From: Woeseiaceae bacterium
Lineage (GTDB): Bacteria; Pseudomonadota; Gammaproteobacteria; Steroidobacterales; Woeseiaceae
Reading direction: 5' to 3'
Assembly: GCA_013042375.1 (NCBI GenBank)
Contig: JABDQH010000030.1
Location: 16,800 to 80,799, forward strand
DNA length: 64,000 nt
The translations under genes and the position numbers were made by a program. Under the pieces are notes generated by a model. It was not told the DNA's origin. It did no database searches and worked only from the letters and a program-made list of their open reading frames with translations. Shown piece by piece: positions 10,184 to 18,998 of the stretch. The number at the start of each line of letters is the position of its first letter. Within the stretch, counting starts at the first letter, position 1.

Positions 10184-11416
10184 ATGCACCGCGCCCCGCT
10201 CATCACGCTCATCCTGGCCGGCATACTGTTGGCAGCCACCGCGGCACGTGCCGAATACCTGGCCGCAATCGATGACTGGCCCGAATGGGTCCGGGAAGGC
10301 ATGGCCAAGGAAAAGCGGTTGAAGTTCCGCGCCGTAACGACGCCCGACGACAGCTTCAGCAGCCGGATGCCCGGCAAACCCAAGATCGAGGCAATCGAGA
10401 ACGGCTGGTATTTCCTCACGGACATGAGAGCCGGATCGCCGCTCGAATGCCACTACTACACGACCTCGCGGGATCTCGGGACGCTGACCGACCTTCTTAC
10501 CGAGGCTAACATCGAGGCCGTTGTCAAAAATGGCGGCACGCTGGGCGAGCGCCAGTTGTTCCAAACGGGAGCCGGCGAAGTCGCCGGTATGCCGTACATC
10601 TCCCTCGAGTGGATCTATACGATCCAGCAGGACGGGCAGACGCTGGTCGGCTTCACCAAGGTGCGCGCCGCCACCAAGGGTGAAGCGGCTTTCGCCTGTG
10701 CGCACAACTACCTCGGCTACCGCGAGACATTTGCAGGGGCATTTGCCGAATTCGTCACCGGCGCGAATTTCGAAGACGCCTCACCGCAACCGTTCTACGA
10801 GGAAATCGCCCGGCTCGACATGAACGGCATCGGTTCGGGTATCACTCATGTGTCATACACGACCGACGAGGAAGGCTATATCCGCGCGCAGACGGTCGAA
10901 GCTGCCGTGATGCCGGTCGACGCCAGCACGGTCGTGGCGAGCGACTCCTACACGATCAGCTTCTCGACGCCCGGGGGCGAGCTGCTGAACGCCTACGACA
11001 TCTCGGTGGAGGACGGCGAACTGACGGCCAATATGCGCCTGCAGCGCAACGAACAAGGCGACTGGGTATCCAGCGGCATGCTGCAGGGCAAAGACCTCGA
11101 ATACGAAATCGACGGCGCATTACAACCGCACAGCGAACTGCAGCAGATCGCAATGGCCAGGGAGCTGTTTGCCGGCGAGACAACGTCGCTCGACGGCCTC
11201 GCCTGGTTGCCGACCGCCGATCCCACGAAGTTCCTCGAAGCCACGATGACGCGCGATGATGCGGAGGTGGAGCGGCAGGCACGAGTGACCATCGGTCCGT
11301 TGAGCTTCACCGGCCGCTTCGATGTCGACGGCAACCTGTCGGATGCCGCTATGAATGTTGGCCCGGCCTCGATCCGCATCGAGAGAATCTGGTTCCGCGG
11401 AAGCATGCCGCGATGA
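10184..11416 (+). CDS. Secreted hypothetical protein (410 aa), no recognised domain
   Basis: ATG at 10184 gives a signal peptide [25 protein letters not shown]. Coding-like GC3 bias. Stop overlaps the start of the next gene (ATGA). Confidence 0.6.
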   Translation: MHRAPLITLILAGILLAATAARAEYLAAIDDWPEWVREGMAKEKRLKFRAVTTPDDSFSSRMPGKPKIEAIENGWYFLTDMRAGSPLECHYYTTSRDLGTLTDLLTEANIEAVVKNGGTLGERQLFQTGAGEVAGMPYISLEWIYTIQQDGQTLVGFTKVRAATKGEAAFACAHNYLGYRETFAGAFAEFVTGANFEDASPQPFYEEIARLDMNGIGSGITHVSYTTDEEGYIRAQTVEAAVMPVDASTVVASDSYTISFSTPGGELLNAYDISVEDGELTANMRLQRNEQGDWVSSGMLQGKDLEYEIDGALQPHSELQQIAMARELFAGETTSLDGLAWLPTADPTKFLEATMTRDDAEVERQARVTIGPLSFTGRFDVDGNLSDAAMNVGPASIRIERIWFRGSMPR

Positions 11417-12219
11417 GCCGTATACGACGTGTCGTCGGCTTACTGCTGGCGACGGCAAGCCTGTACACGTCGGTCGTCCTGGCCGACAGCCCCTCGCCGT
11501 TCATTTCCAGCATCGCAATCGAACGTGCGTCGGGGGCGACCGGCGCGCTGCCCGAGTCACTGACTGCAACGCTCCATGTCAGCGATCCGGCCAGGACGGC
11601 AGCGTCGCTGTCGCACATCGCAGAACTCGATGTCGTCAGCACCGGTGACGCCTCGGTGCGGGTGCGATTCGGACCACGGCCAACGCTCGCGTCGCCGGCC
11701 GATGAGCGATTCCTGCGCAGTACGTGGGTGGTCGATTTCGCAGAAGACGCAGTCCGCTCCCTGGCCACCGGATTCGCTAATCCGGACGGCGCCCGCCCGA
11801 CGCCTGCGGAGCTCGAGCATTTCGTGTTCGATCATATCGACGACAAGACCTATTCGCGCTCATTCGATCTCGCCTCGCGTGTGGCGGCGATGCGCCAGGG
11901 CGACTGCACCGAACACGCGGTCCTGCTCACGGCGCTGGCGCGCATCAACGGCTATTCTGCCCGCATCGTATTCGGCAACGTGATTATCGATATCGACGAC
12001 GGCCTGTTCGCCTACGGGCATGCCTGGACCGAGATTTACGACGGCGAGTCGTGGCGAATCCTCGACGCGACGATGGTGCCCGGGGATGCGGAACCCGCGC
12101 GCACAAGGTACCTGCCGATCGGCTTCCTCGGTGATGAAGGGCCGGGCTATGTCCTGTCGATGTTCGAACTCGTGAACGCGATGCCGACCCGAATAAGCGA
12201 TGTCAGGGGTTCACCGTGA
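11413..12219 (+). CDS. Secreted transglutaminase-like cysteine peptidase family protein
   Basis: Signal-like N-terminus. Transglutaminase-core triad context: QGDCTEHAVLL (Cys), YGHAWTEIY (His), WRILDAT (Asp). Confidence 0.7.
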   Translation: MSRIRRVVGLLLATASLYTSVVLADSPSPFISSIAIERASGATGALPESLTATLHVSDPARTAASLSHIAELDVVSTGDASVRVRFGPRPTLASPADERFLRSTWVVDFAEDAVRSLATGFANPDGARPTPAELEHFVFDHIDDKTYSRSFDLASRVAAMRQGDCTEHAVLLTALARINGYSARIVFGNVIIDIDDGLFAYGHAWTEIYDGESWRILDATMVPGDAEPARTRYLPIGFLGDEGPGYVLSMFELVNAMPTRISDVRGSP

Positions 12220-12279
12220 CGAACAGGACGTTTTTTTGTCGCTTTACGACGACAAAAGCAAGGAAAACAGGCATTTTCG

Positions 12280-12308
12280 TTGCAGCAACGGTCCGATTGT
12301 TAAATAAT
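12280..12308 (+). promoter_or_regulatory. Sigma70-type promoter of the lpp-like gene
   Basis: TTGCAG (12280-12285), 17-nt spacer, AATAAT (12303-12308). AAGGAA Shine-Dalgarno precedes the ATG at 12345. Confidence 0.45.
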
Positions 12309-12344
12309 GCGCCTGCAGTTTTTCCAACAAAGGAATCTTGAAAC

Positions 12345-12644
12345 ATGAAAAAGACCGCACTCAGAGCCAGTGCACTCGCACTCTTCGTCGCCATGGCCGC
12401 CGGTTGCGCGACCACGGGCCTGGACGATGTGAAGGCTACGGCTGACCGCGCTGCTTCAGATGCTGCCGCTGCCGTTTCCGCCGCAGAAGCTGCTCGCGCA
12501 GCTGCAGATCGTGCCTCTCAGGCCGCTTCTGCCGCACAGAGCACGGCTGATCGGGCGCTGGCTGGCTCCACGCAAGCCCAGTCCTGCTGCGACGCCAATC
12601 GCGAAAGCATGGAGCGCATGTTCCAGAAATCGATGTCCAAGTAA
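12345..12644 (+). CDS. Lpp/OprI-like alanine-rich coiled-coil lipoprotein with C-terminal Lys
   Basis: Signal peptide with lipobox (VAMAAG-C). Mature part is an Ala-rich heptad-like helix (AADRASQAASAAQSTADRA), as in OprI/Lpp. Ends in ...KSMSK. Confidence 0.65.
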   Translation: MKKTALRASALALFVAMAAGCATTGLDDVKATADRAASDAAAAVSAAEAARAAADRASQAASAAQSTADRALAGSTQAQSCCDANRESMERMFQKSMSK

Positions 12645-12659
12645 TAGGACAGAAACGCT

Positions 12660-13718
12660 TTATTCGAACGCCGCGCTGGTCGCGGCGTTTTTTATGCCTG
12701 CCCCGACGGTCTCGGGGATGCCGTCCGAGCGACGGACGAGATCCTCGACGCGGCCCCAGTCGAGTTGCCCTGCGCGCACCGCCGTCGCCGCGATGAACTG
12801 CTCCGTGACGTAGGTCAGCGGGTCCTTGCTGTTGGGGTCGGGCGGCGGCAGTTCGACATCGGCATCGAGTTCTTCGATTTTCTCGAGCGTCGTTTCCGCC
12901 AGCGGCAGTGCCGACTGCAGCAACGGATGCACCTCGGCAACGAGCGTGTTGCCATCCCAACCGATCTTCACGGGTGCGTTGATGATGCGCACCGACGTGG
13001 CAACGCGGATGTGCTCAAACAGGAACTCGATGTCTTCGGGGAACATGCGCACACAACCGTGCGACACGCGCATGCCGACACCTGCCGGCCGATTGGTGCC
13101 GTGAATCAGGTAGCCGGGCAGCCCCAAGCGCAGCGCGCGCGTCCCGAGCGGATTCTCCGGACCCGGCGGCACGACGCGCGGCAGCGGGTCTCCATCGGCC
13201 GCATGTTCGTCGCGTACCGACTGCGGCGGGTACCACGCGGGGTCCTTTGCCATGGCGACGATCTGCGTGTTGCCAAGCGGCGTTTCCCAGTCCATGCGCC
13301 CGATGCTCATCGGGTAGGTGTAGACGTATGCCGGCTTCCCTTCTTCGGGCGCCGGGAAGTAATACATGCGGTACTCGGCCAGGTTCAGCACCAGGCCCTT
13401 GCGCGGTCCGGGCGGCAGGATGAAACGGCTCGGCAGGACGATTTCCGTTCCCTGGCCGGGCAGCCACGGATTGACGTCCGGGTTCGCGCGCACGATGTCG
13501 TAATAGCCGAGCCCGTGGCGACGTGCGATATCGACCAGCGTGTCCTCGTAACGCGCCGTGATCGTCGCGACCGTGCCCACGACGTCATAGCCCTCGGGCG
13601 GGAGCTCGTAGACCTCCGCGTGTACGGCTCCCGCGGCCGCCGCAAAGGCAGCCAGGGCGATGGAAAAACCGCGTATCACTGGCCTTTTTCGTCCGCTTCG
13701 ATGACTTCGGTCTCGCAC
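12660..13718 (-). CDS. LysM-domain L,D-transpeptidase (YkuD/ErfK family)
   Basis: Signal peptide, LysM (TLVDIARRHGLGYYDIVRANP...GTEIVLP), and YkuD catalytic motif HGTN...RVSHGCVRM. An in-frame GTG at 13679 overlapping the GST stop (GTGA) is an alternative start. Confidence 0.85.
   Translation of the reverse strand: MRDRSHRSGRKRPVIRGFSIALAAFAAAAGAVHAEVYELPPEGYDVVGTVATITARYEDTLVDIARRHGLGYYDIVRANPDVNPWLPGQGTEIVLPSRFILPPGPRKGLVLNLAEYRMYYFPAPEEGKPAYVYTYPMSIGRMDWETPLGNTQIVAMAKDPAWYPPQSVRDEHAADGDPLPRVVPPGPENPLGTRALRLGLPGYLIHGTNRPAGVGMRVSHGCVRMFPEDIEFLFEHIRVATSVRIINAPVKIGWDGNTLVAEVHPLLQSALPLAETTLEKIEELDADVELPPPDPNSKDPLTYVTEQFIAATAVRAGQLDWGRVEDLVRRSDGIPETVGAGIKNAATSAAFE
12667..12693 (+). terminator. 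Rho-independent terminator after the lpp-like gene
   Basis: AACGCCGCG-CTGGT-CGCGGCGTT stem-loop followed by a T-run. It lies inside the 3' codons of the convergent L,D-transpeptidase gene. Confidence 0.6.
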
Positions 13719-14332
13719 TCGGCAGCGGCGAGCCAGTCCTGCATCGCCTCGCTCTCGAGCAAGCGGTGCGGATAATAGCCGGCCGACTCCGGCAGGTTAA
13801 TGCCATAGGTTCTGAGCCGCAGCACGACGGGTGCAAACACGGCGTCGGCGACGGAAAAGTCACCGAACAGCCAGCCGCCGCGATCACCATAGTGGTGATG
13901 GCATTCGGCCCAGATGGCAATGATGCGATCAATGTCCTCGCCGAGTTCATCGGGAATCGGCACCTTGCGCCCCATGGCCCGGCAGTTCATCGGCATGCAG
14001 TCACGCAGAAAGTGAAATCCCGAGTGCATCTCGGCGGAAATCGCGCGTGCGTGAGCACGCTCGTCGGGATCCCCTGGCCAGAGCTGCTTGTCGGGCCAGC
14101 GTTCGGCAACGGTTTCGCAAATTGCCAACGAATCCCACACCGTAAGGTCGCCGAGCTGCAGGACCGGTACGCGTCCCGCGTTGGTAACGGCAGCAATCTC
14201 CTGTTTCGTCGTCGGGGTATCGAGCACGATGCGATGCTCGTCAAATTCGATGCCCGCTTCCTTCATCAGGAGCCAGGGGCGCAGCGACCATGACGAGTAG
14301 TTCTTGTTGCCGATAATTAGTCTGGGTTTCAT
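13676..14332 (-). CDS. Glutathione S-transferase family protein
   Basis: N-terminal thioredoxin-like GST fold (LIIGNKNYSSWSLRPWLLM..., RVPVLQ) and C-terminal GST helices. The ATG at 14332 is the second codon of the ORF-track entry. Confidence 0.8.
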   Translation of the reverse strand: MKPRLIIGNKNYSSWSLRPWLLMKEAGIEFDEHRIVLDTPTTKQEIAAVTNAGRVPVLQLGDLTVWDSLAICETVAERWPDKQLWPGDPDERAHARAISAEMHSGFHFLRDCMPMNCRAMGRKVPIPDELGEDIDRIIAIWAECHHHYGDRGGWLFGDFSVADAVFAPVVLRLRTYGINLPESAGYYPHRLLESEAMQDWLAAAECETEVIEADEKGQ

Positions 14333-14411
14333 CACGTTACACCTGTCGGCCTGTGGCTATGGTAAACCATCAGGCATGGGCCGCCATACGGAGTTGCCGT
14401 TAGGGTAATCA

Positions 14412-14481
14412 GGTGCCAGTCACCTTATTTCCATTCGCAAGTTGCCAGGCACCCGGGACTAAAAATAAGGTGACTGGCACC
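14412..14481. repeat. 19-bp perfect inverted repeat with 32-nt spacer
   Basis: GGTGCCAGTCACCTTATTT (14412-14430) is the exact reverse complement of 14463-14481. The spacer holds a partial third copy (TTGCCAGGCACCC). Located 5 nt downstream of the fabH stop. Confidence 0.85.
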
Positions 14482-14485
14482 CGCA

Positions 14486-15454
14486 TTACATGCGCATCAG
14501 GACCGAGCCCCAGGTGAAGCCGCCGCCGAAAGCCTCCATCAGGACCAGCTGACCCTTTTTGACGCGGCCATCGCGGCGGCCGACGTCGAGCGCCATCGGC
14601 ACCGAGGCCGCCGACGTGTTGCCGTGGTCCTGTACCGTCAGGATAACCTTCTCCTTCGGCATGTCGAGGCGCTTCGCCATGGCCTGGATGATGCGGATGT
14701 TCGCCTGGTGCGGCACGAGCCAGTCGAGTTCCTCCTTGGTGACGCCGGCCTTGTCGAGCGCCGCCTGCGCGATTGCGCCGAGCGTCTTGACCGCGACCTT
14801 GAAGACCTCGTTGCCCTGCATGATGATGTTGGCGTCGTCCGTGCCGGCTTTCGCGAGCTCCTTCGAAACACCGACCGGGTAATGCAGGAGCTCCCGGTAC
14901 TGGCCGTCGGCACCGAGCGCAGTCGACAGGATACCGGGCTCATCCGAAGGCACGACGATGGCCGACCCCGCGCCGTCGCCGAACAACACGCAGGTATTGC
15001 GATCGCTCCAATCGATCAGCTTCGTAATGCACTCGGCGCCCGTAACCAGTACACATTTTGCGTCACCCGCCTTGATGAACTTGTCCGCAACCGTCAGCGC
15101 ATAAATGAAACCCGAGCACGCGGCTTCGAGACTGAACGCGGCGCAGGCCGGGATTCCCAGCCGGTGCTGGATGATGGTCGAGACATTGGGAAATATTACG
15201 TCCGGAGAAGTCGTCCCCGTGATGACCATGTCGACCTCTGCCGGCGTCACGCCGGCGTCATCCATCGCCTGCTTGGCAGACTCCACGCACATGTCGGATG
15301 TCGTCTGGTCATCTTCGACGACGTGGCGGCGTTCGACGCCGGTCCGGGTCCGGATCCACTCGTCCGATGTGTCGACGATCTTCTCGAGATCGAAATTGGT
15401 CATGATGCGTTCCGGCAGGTAGCGCCCCGTGCCGATGATGCGCGAATAGGTCAT
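14486..15454 (-). CDS. fabH: 3-oxoacyl-ACP synthase III
   Basis: 322 aa, typical FabH (MTYSRIIGTGRYLPE..., active-site ACSGF, HQAN, GNTSAAS). Confidence 0.92.
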   Translation of the reverse strand: MTYSRIIGTGRYLPERIMTNFDLEKIVDTSDEWIRTRTGVERRHVVEDDQTTSDMCVESAKQAMDDAGVTPAEVDMVITGTTSPDVIFPNVSTIIQHRLGIPACAAFSLEAACSGFIYALTVADKFIKAGDAKCVLVTGAECITKLIDWSDRNTCVLFGDGAGSAIVVPSDEPGILSTALGADGQYRELLHYPVGVSKELAKAGTDDANIIMQGNEVFKVAVKTLGAIAQAALDKAGVTKEELDWLVPHQANIRIIQAMAKRLDMPKEKVILTVQDHGNTSAASVPMALDVGRRDGRVKKGQLVLMEAFGGGFTWGSVLMRM

Positions 15455-16461
15455 GCCGCTTCCTTTTCGAGTAGCTTGCCGATTTGCTCGGGCAGCTGAT
15501 TGCGAACTTCCACGATAGCCGTGTCGACCGCATGCTGAAAAGCAAACGCGTCGGCACTGCCATGGCTTTTGATTACGATACCATTAAGCCCGACGAGCGT
15601 CGCACCGTTGTACTTGCGCGAGTCCATGCTCGCGGCCATGCTCCTGAGGACCGGCGACGCGACAAACGCCTGAAATCTGGTAAACCAGTTGCGCCGAAAC
15701 GCATTGCCAAGCAGGTGCTTGCAGACGCCGACCGTACCTTCCATCGTCTTGAGCGCGACGTTGCCCGAGAAGCCGTCGGTGACAATGACGTCGGCTTTGC
15801 CGGACAGCAGGTCGGTGCCCTCGATGAAACCGACGTAGTTCAGCCCGCTGTCACCGAGTATTGCCGCCGCCTCCCTGACGCCCTCGTGGCCCTTCGTGTC
15901 CTCGGCACCGATATTGAGGAGCGCAATGCGCGGACTGGCGATGCCGTTGATATCGGCCGCAACGAGCGAACCCATGACAGCGTACTGGTACAACTGCTCG
16001 GGCGTCGCCTGCGTGTTAGCGCCCAGGTCGAGCATGTGCATCGACCCGCCGAGCGACGGGATCTCCGCAATGATCGCCGGGCGATCGATGCCAGGCAGCA
16101 TCTTGAGGACGAACTTCGCCGTCGCCATCAGCGCCCCGGTATTGCCGGCACTGACGCAGGCATCCGCCGCGCCCTCCTTGACGAGGTCGATCGCGACGCG
16201 CATCGAAGAATCTTTCTTCCTGCGTAGTGCCTCCGCGGGCGACTCGGACATCCCGACGATCTCGCTGGCATGGCGAATGCCGAGGCGCGAGTCGTCACCG
16301 ACGATGCGCCCGGCAAGGTCGGCCAGTTCGCGTTCGTCGCCGACGAGCATCAGCTCGACATTACGGTACTTGCCGAGCGTCGCGGCAGCCGCGCGCACGA
16401 CGACCTCGGCACCGAGGTCGCCGCTCATGGCATCAAGGGAAATAGTCGAGTGAGCGCTCAC
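15451..16461 (-). CDS. plsX: Phosphate acyltransferase PlsX
   Basis: 336 aa; ISLDAMSGDLG N-terminus; conserved rpmF-plsX-fabH order. GTG start; ATGA overlap with fabH. Confidence 0.9.
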   Translation of the reverse strand: MSAHSTISLDAMSGDLGAEVVVRAAAATLGKYRNVELMLVGDERELADLAGRIVGDDSRLGIRHASEIVGMSESPAEALRRKKDSSMRVAIDLVKEGAADACVSAGNTGALMATAKFVLKMLPGIDRPAIIAEIPSLGGSMHMLDLGANTQATPEQLYQYAVMGSLVAADINGIASPRIALLNIGAEDTKGHEGVREAAAILGDSGLNYVGFIEGTDLLSGKADVIVTDGFSGNVALKTMEGTVGVCKHLLGNAFRRNWFTRFQAFVASPVLRSMAASMDSRKYNGATLVGLNGIVIKSHGSADAFAFQHAVDTAIVEVRNQLPEQIGKLLEKEAA

Positions 16462-16504
16462 CGGGATACGGGCCGGATTGACATCGGCCTATCGGGAGAT
16501 GCGT

Positions 16505-16702
16505 TTACTCTTCGTCGTCTTCGATCGACTCAGGCTGCGAGACAACCTGGTTGCCGCGGTAGAAGCCGTCGGGCGTCACGCGATGGCGCAGATGCGTTTC
16601 GCCCGACGTCGGATCGACCGACAGTGTCGGCTTCTTGAGCTTGTCGTGGGCACGACGAGCGCCGCGTGTTGCAGGTGTCCTGCGACTCTTTTGAACAGCC
16701 AT
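16505..16702 (-). CDS. rpmF: 50S ribosomal protein L32
   Basis: [23 protein letters not shown] is a canonical L32 N-terminus; ATG at 16702. Confidence 0.92.
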   Translation of the reverse strand: MAVQKSRRTPATRGARRAHDKLKKPTLSVDPTSGETHLRHRVTPDGFYRGNQVVSQPESIEDDEE

Positions 16703-16726
16703 AATTCTCTCCAATCGGTTCGGCTT

Positions 16727-17296
16727 TCAGCCCGAACCCTCGTTGTCCTTCGCCATCTGCTCGCGTAAAGCGGCGAATGGCGTCGTCATCTCATCGGCCG
16801 CCTGCTCCGCAACTGGCGCGAGCGCCCTGCACGCGGCCGATTCGGTATGCATCGCCGCAAACGGCACGGCAATGATCAGCAGTTCCTCGACGATATCCTG
16901 CGGGCGCAGCAGCGTATCCTCGAGCTCCCACACCTCGCAATCGTCGTAGCCGTCGACCGTCTCCTCGAGTCCGAGGAGAAGCAGGCGCTCCTCCACCTCG
17001 AGCGGCAGTCGAAACGCTTCCAGGCACCGCTGGCAGGTCGCGTCGATCGTCGCCGTCACGCGGCAATCCACGACCGGCAGCATCTGTTGCGCATCGGCAA
17101 AACCGAATTCGAGCCGCCCGGTCACGGGCGAATCGCGCCACTGCGCGGGTATCTTATCAGCCTCGAGCACTCCGAGATCAGCCTCGATGATACTCGACAA
17201 CTGGTCGAAATCGCCAATTATTCCTGCTATTTCAACAGCTTGAGTGCCCGCCGCCCATTCGGCCGCGGAGCGGCGTTCGCGCAGCGGATTACCCAT
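16727..17296 (-). CDS. yceD: YceD (DUF177) ribosome-maturation-associated protein
   Basis: CxxC...acidic C-terminal pattern (ATCQRCLEAF). Sits immediately upstream of rpmF, as in E. coli. Start taken at ATG 17296. Confidence 0.75.
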   Translation of the reverse strand: MGNPLRERRSAAEWAAGTQAVEIAGIIGDFDQLSSIIEADLGVLEADKIPAQWRDSPVTGRLEFGFADAQQMLPVVDCRVTATIDATCQRCLEAFRLPLEVEERLLLLGLEETVDGYDDCEVWELEDTLLRPQDIVEELLIIAVPFAAMHTESAACRALAPVAEQAADEMTTPFAALREQMAKDNEGSG

Positions 17297-17414
17297 GGCG
17301 CGCGCATGATAAGGACCACCGGGACGCAAGTCAAAGCCCAGCGCCCATAAATATCGGCGCGTACAGCGAAACCGGGTACACTGCGGGCGTCGCGCCTTAA
17401 GGTTCTGATTTCTT

Positions 17415-18008
17415 ATGCAAAATCCGTCGGCACCCGCAATCTTCCTGGCTTCATCATCACGCTACCGGCGCGACCTGCTCGATCGCGTCCTCGACGACTA
17501 CGAAGCCGTGGACCCCGGCGTCGACGAGTCCAACCGCGACGGACTGGCGCCGCAGGAACTCGTGCGCCAGCTGGCGCGTCGCAAGGCCGAGGCCGTCGCC
17601 ATCAACGCTCGCCAGGCGCTCGTCATAGGCGCCGACCAGCTTGCGGTCCTTGACGGCAAGGCGCTCGGCAAGCCCGGCGACCATGCGCGAGCCGTCGAGC
17701 AGTTGCTCGCGGCGTCGGGCAAGACCGTGACGTTCCTGACCGCGGTGTGCATTCTCGATCCCGTCGGCCGCGCCCGCTACGAACACACGGACGAGACGGC
17801 CGTATCCTTTCGCAATTTCGATCGTCGGCTTGCGGATGCCTACCTGCACCACGATGAACCCTACGATTGTGCGGGCAGCTTCAAACTCGAAGGTGCGGGC
17901 TTCGTGTTGTTCGATTCCGTCCGGACCGACGACCCAACTGCCCTGATCGGCCTGCCGATGATCTGGCTGGCCGGCCGCCTGCTCGAACTCGGCTACCTGC
18001 TGCCGTAG
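17415..18008 (+). CDS. yceF: Maf-like nucleoside triphosphate pyrophosphatase (YceF type)
   Basis: 197 aa; LASSSRYRRDLL N-terminus and the Maf signature around GAGFVLFD. Divergent from yceD, as in E. coli. Confidence 0.8.
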   Translation: MQNPSAPAIFLASSSRYRRDLLDRVLDDYEAVDPGVDESNRDGLAPQELVRQLARRKAEAVAINARQALVIGADQLAVLDGKALGKPGDHARAVEQLLAASGKTVTFLTAVCILDPVGRARYEHTDETAVSFRNFDRRLADAYLHHDEPYDCAGSFKLEGAGFVLFDSVRTDDPTALIGLPMIWLAGRLLELGYLLP

Positions 18009-18992
18009 CTAGCGTTTCTTCATGCGCTGCGCCTCGACGACGCCACGTGTGAGGAATCGCTCGAGATCATCGGCCAGCGGTGCCGTGAAATGCAGCTCGT
18101 TGCCGCTGTCGTCGGCGAAGGCGATTGACTGCGCATGCAGGAACAGCCGCGCGAGCCCCAGTCGCTTCGCCTCGCGGTTGGCATCAGGGTCACCGTAACG
18201 CTCGTCGCCGGCTATTGGGTGGCCCGCATGCTGCAGGTGAACGCGGATCTGGTGCGTCCTGCCGGTCTCGGGCTCACACTGGAGGAGACTGTATACGCCG
18301 TAAGTACGTGACAGCGAGACGCGCGTGCGTGCGTCCTTACCCTTGTCGCTGACGATGACATGCCGTTCGCCGCCTTTGCGGTTCGTGACCAGCAGCGGTG
18401 CGTCGATGACCTGTTCGCCGTACTGCCAGTCGCCAAGCACCAGCGCAAGGTAGTTTTTCTCGACCTGCCCGCGGCGAAATCGCTCGTGCAGTTCACGCAG
18501 CGCACTGCGGCGCTTGGCCATGACCAGGCAGCCGGAGGTCTCACGATCGATGCGATGCACCAGCGCAAGGTCTGCGAGGTCCGGACGCGCATGGCGCAGT
18601 AATTCGATGACGCCGTGGCTCACACCACTGCCGCCATGCACGGCAACCCTTGCCGGCTTGTTCACGACCAGCAGGCGTTTGTCCTCGTAAATGACGTGTT
18701 CGAGCATCGCCGCCGCCTTACTCGCCGGCGGCGTCTCGCCGGCCGTCCTGACTCTCGCCGGGGGAATACGGACCTCGTCGCCCTCCTTGAGCCTGTACTC
18801 GGCCCGTATGCGACCGCCGTTTACACGCACCTCGCCGCGGCGCAGCAGGCGGTAGACGCGTCCCCGCGGCACGCCGGGCAATTCGCTGCGCAGAAAATTG
18901 TCGATGCGCTGGCCGGCGCGTTCGGGGCCGACCCGGACCTTGCGAACGCCCGCCTGGCGCGAAGCCTCTTTGCGCCCTGAGTTTTCTTGCAT
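18009..18992 (-). CDS. rluC: 23S rRNA pseudouridine synthase RluC
   Basis: S4 domain (QRIDNFLRSEL...), RluA-family catalytic HRIDRETSG. Divergent from rne, as in E. coli. Confidence 0.8.
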   Translation of the reverse strand: MQENSGRKEASRQAGVRKVRVGPERAGQRIDNFLRSELPGVPRGRVYRLLRRGEVRVNGGRIRAEYRLKEGDEVRIPPARVRTAGETPPASKAAAMLEHVIYEDKRLLVVNKPARVAVHGGSGVSHGVIELLRHARPDLADLALVHRIDRETSGCLVMAKRRSALRELHERFRRGQVEKNYLALVLGDWQYGEQVIDAPLLVTNRKGGERHVIVSDKGKDARTRVSLSRTYGVYSLLQCEPETGRTHQIRVHLQHAGHPIAGDERYGDPDANREAKRLGLARLFLHAQSIAFADDSGNELHFTAPLADDLERFLTRGVVEAQRMKKR

Positions 18993-18998
18993 GATCAG

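Noticed and set aside
9409-10425. N-terminally extended ORF-track versions of known genes (LexA 338 aa, SdhA 697 aa, LysS 565 aa, RlmD 483 aa, KdsB 292 aa, ExbB 293 aa, PTP 324 aa, Era 363 aa, YgfZ 418 aa) that might suggest fusions.
   Set aside because: The extensions are Arg/Pro-rich with no homology-like sequence. They run across the upstream gene or promoter, and canonical N-termini with ATG/GTG starts and stop/start overlaps are found internally.
12232-12259. Hairpin TTTTGTCG-N8-CGACAAAA downstream of the transglutaminase-like gene as a possible terminator.
   Set aside because: The stem is AU-rich and weak, the U-run precedes rather than follows the stem on the plus strand, and no T-tract follows it. 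There is not enough support to call it.
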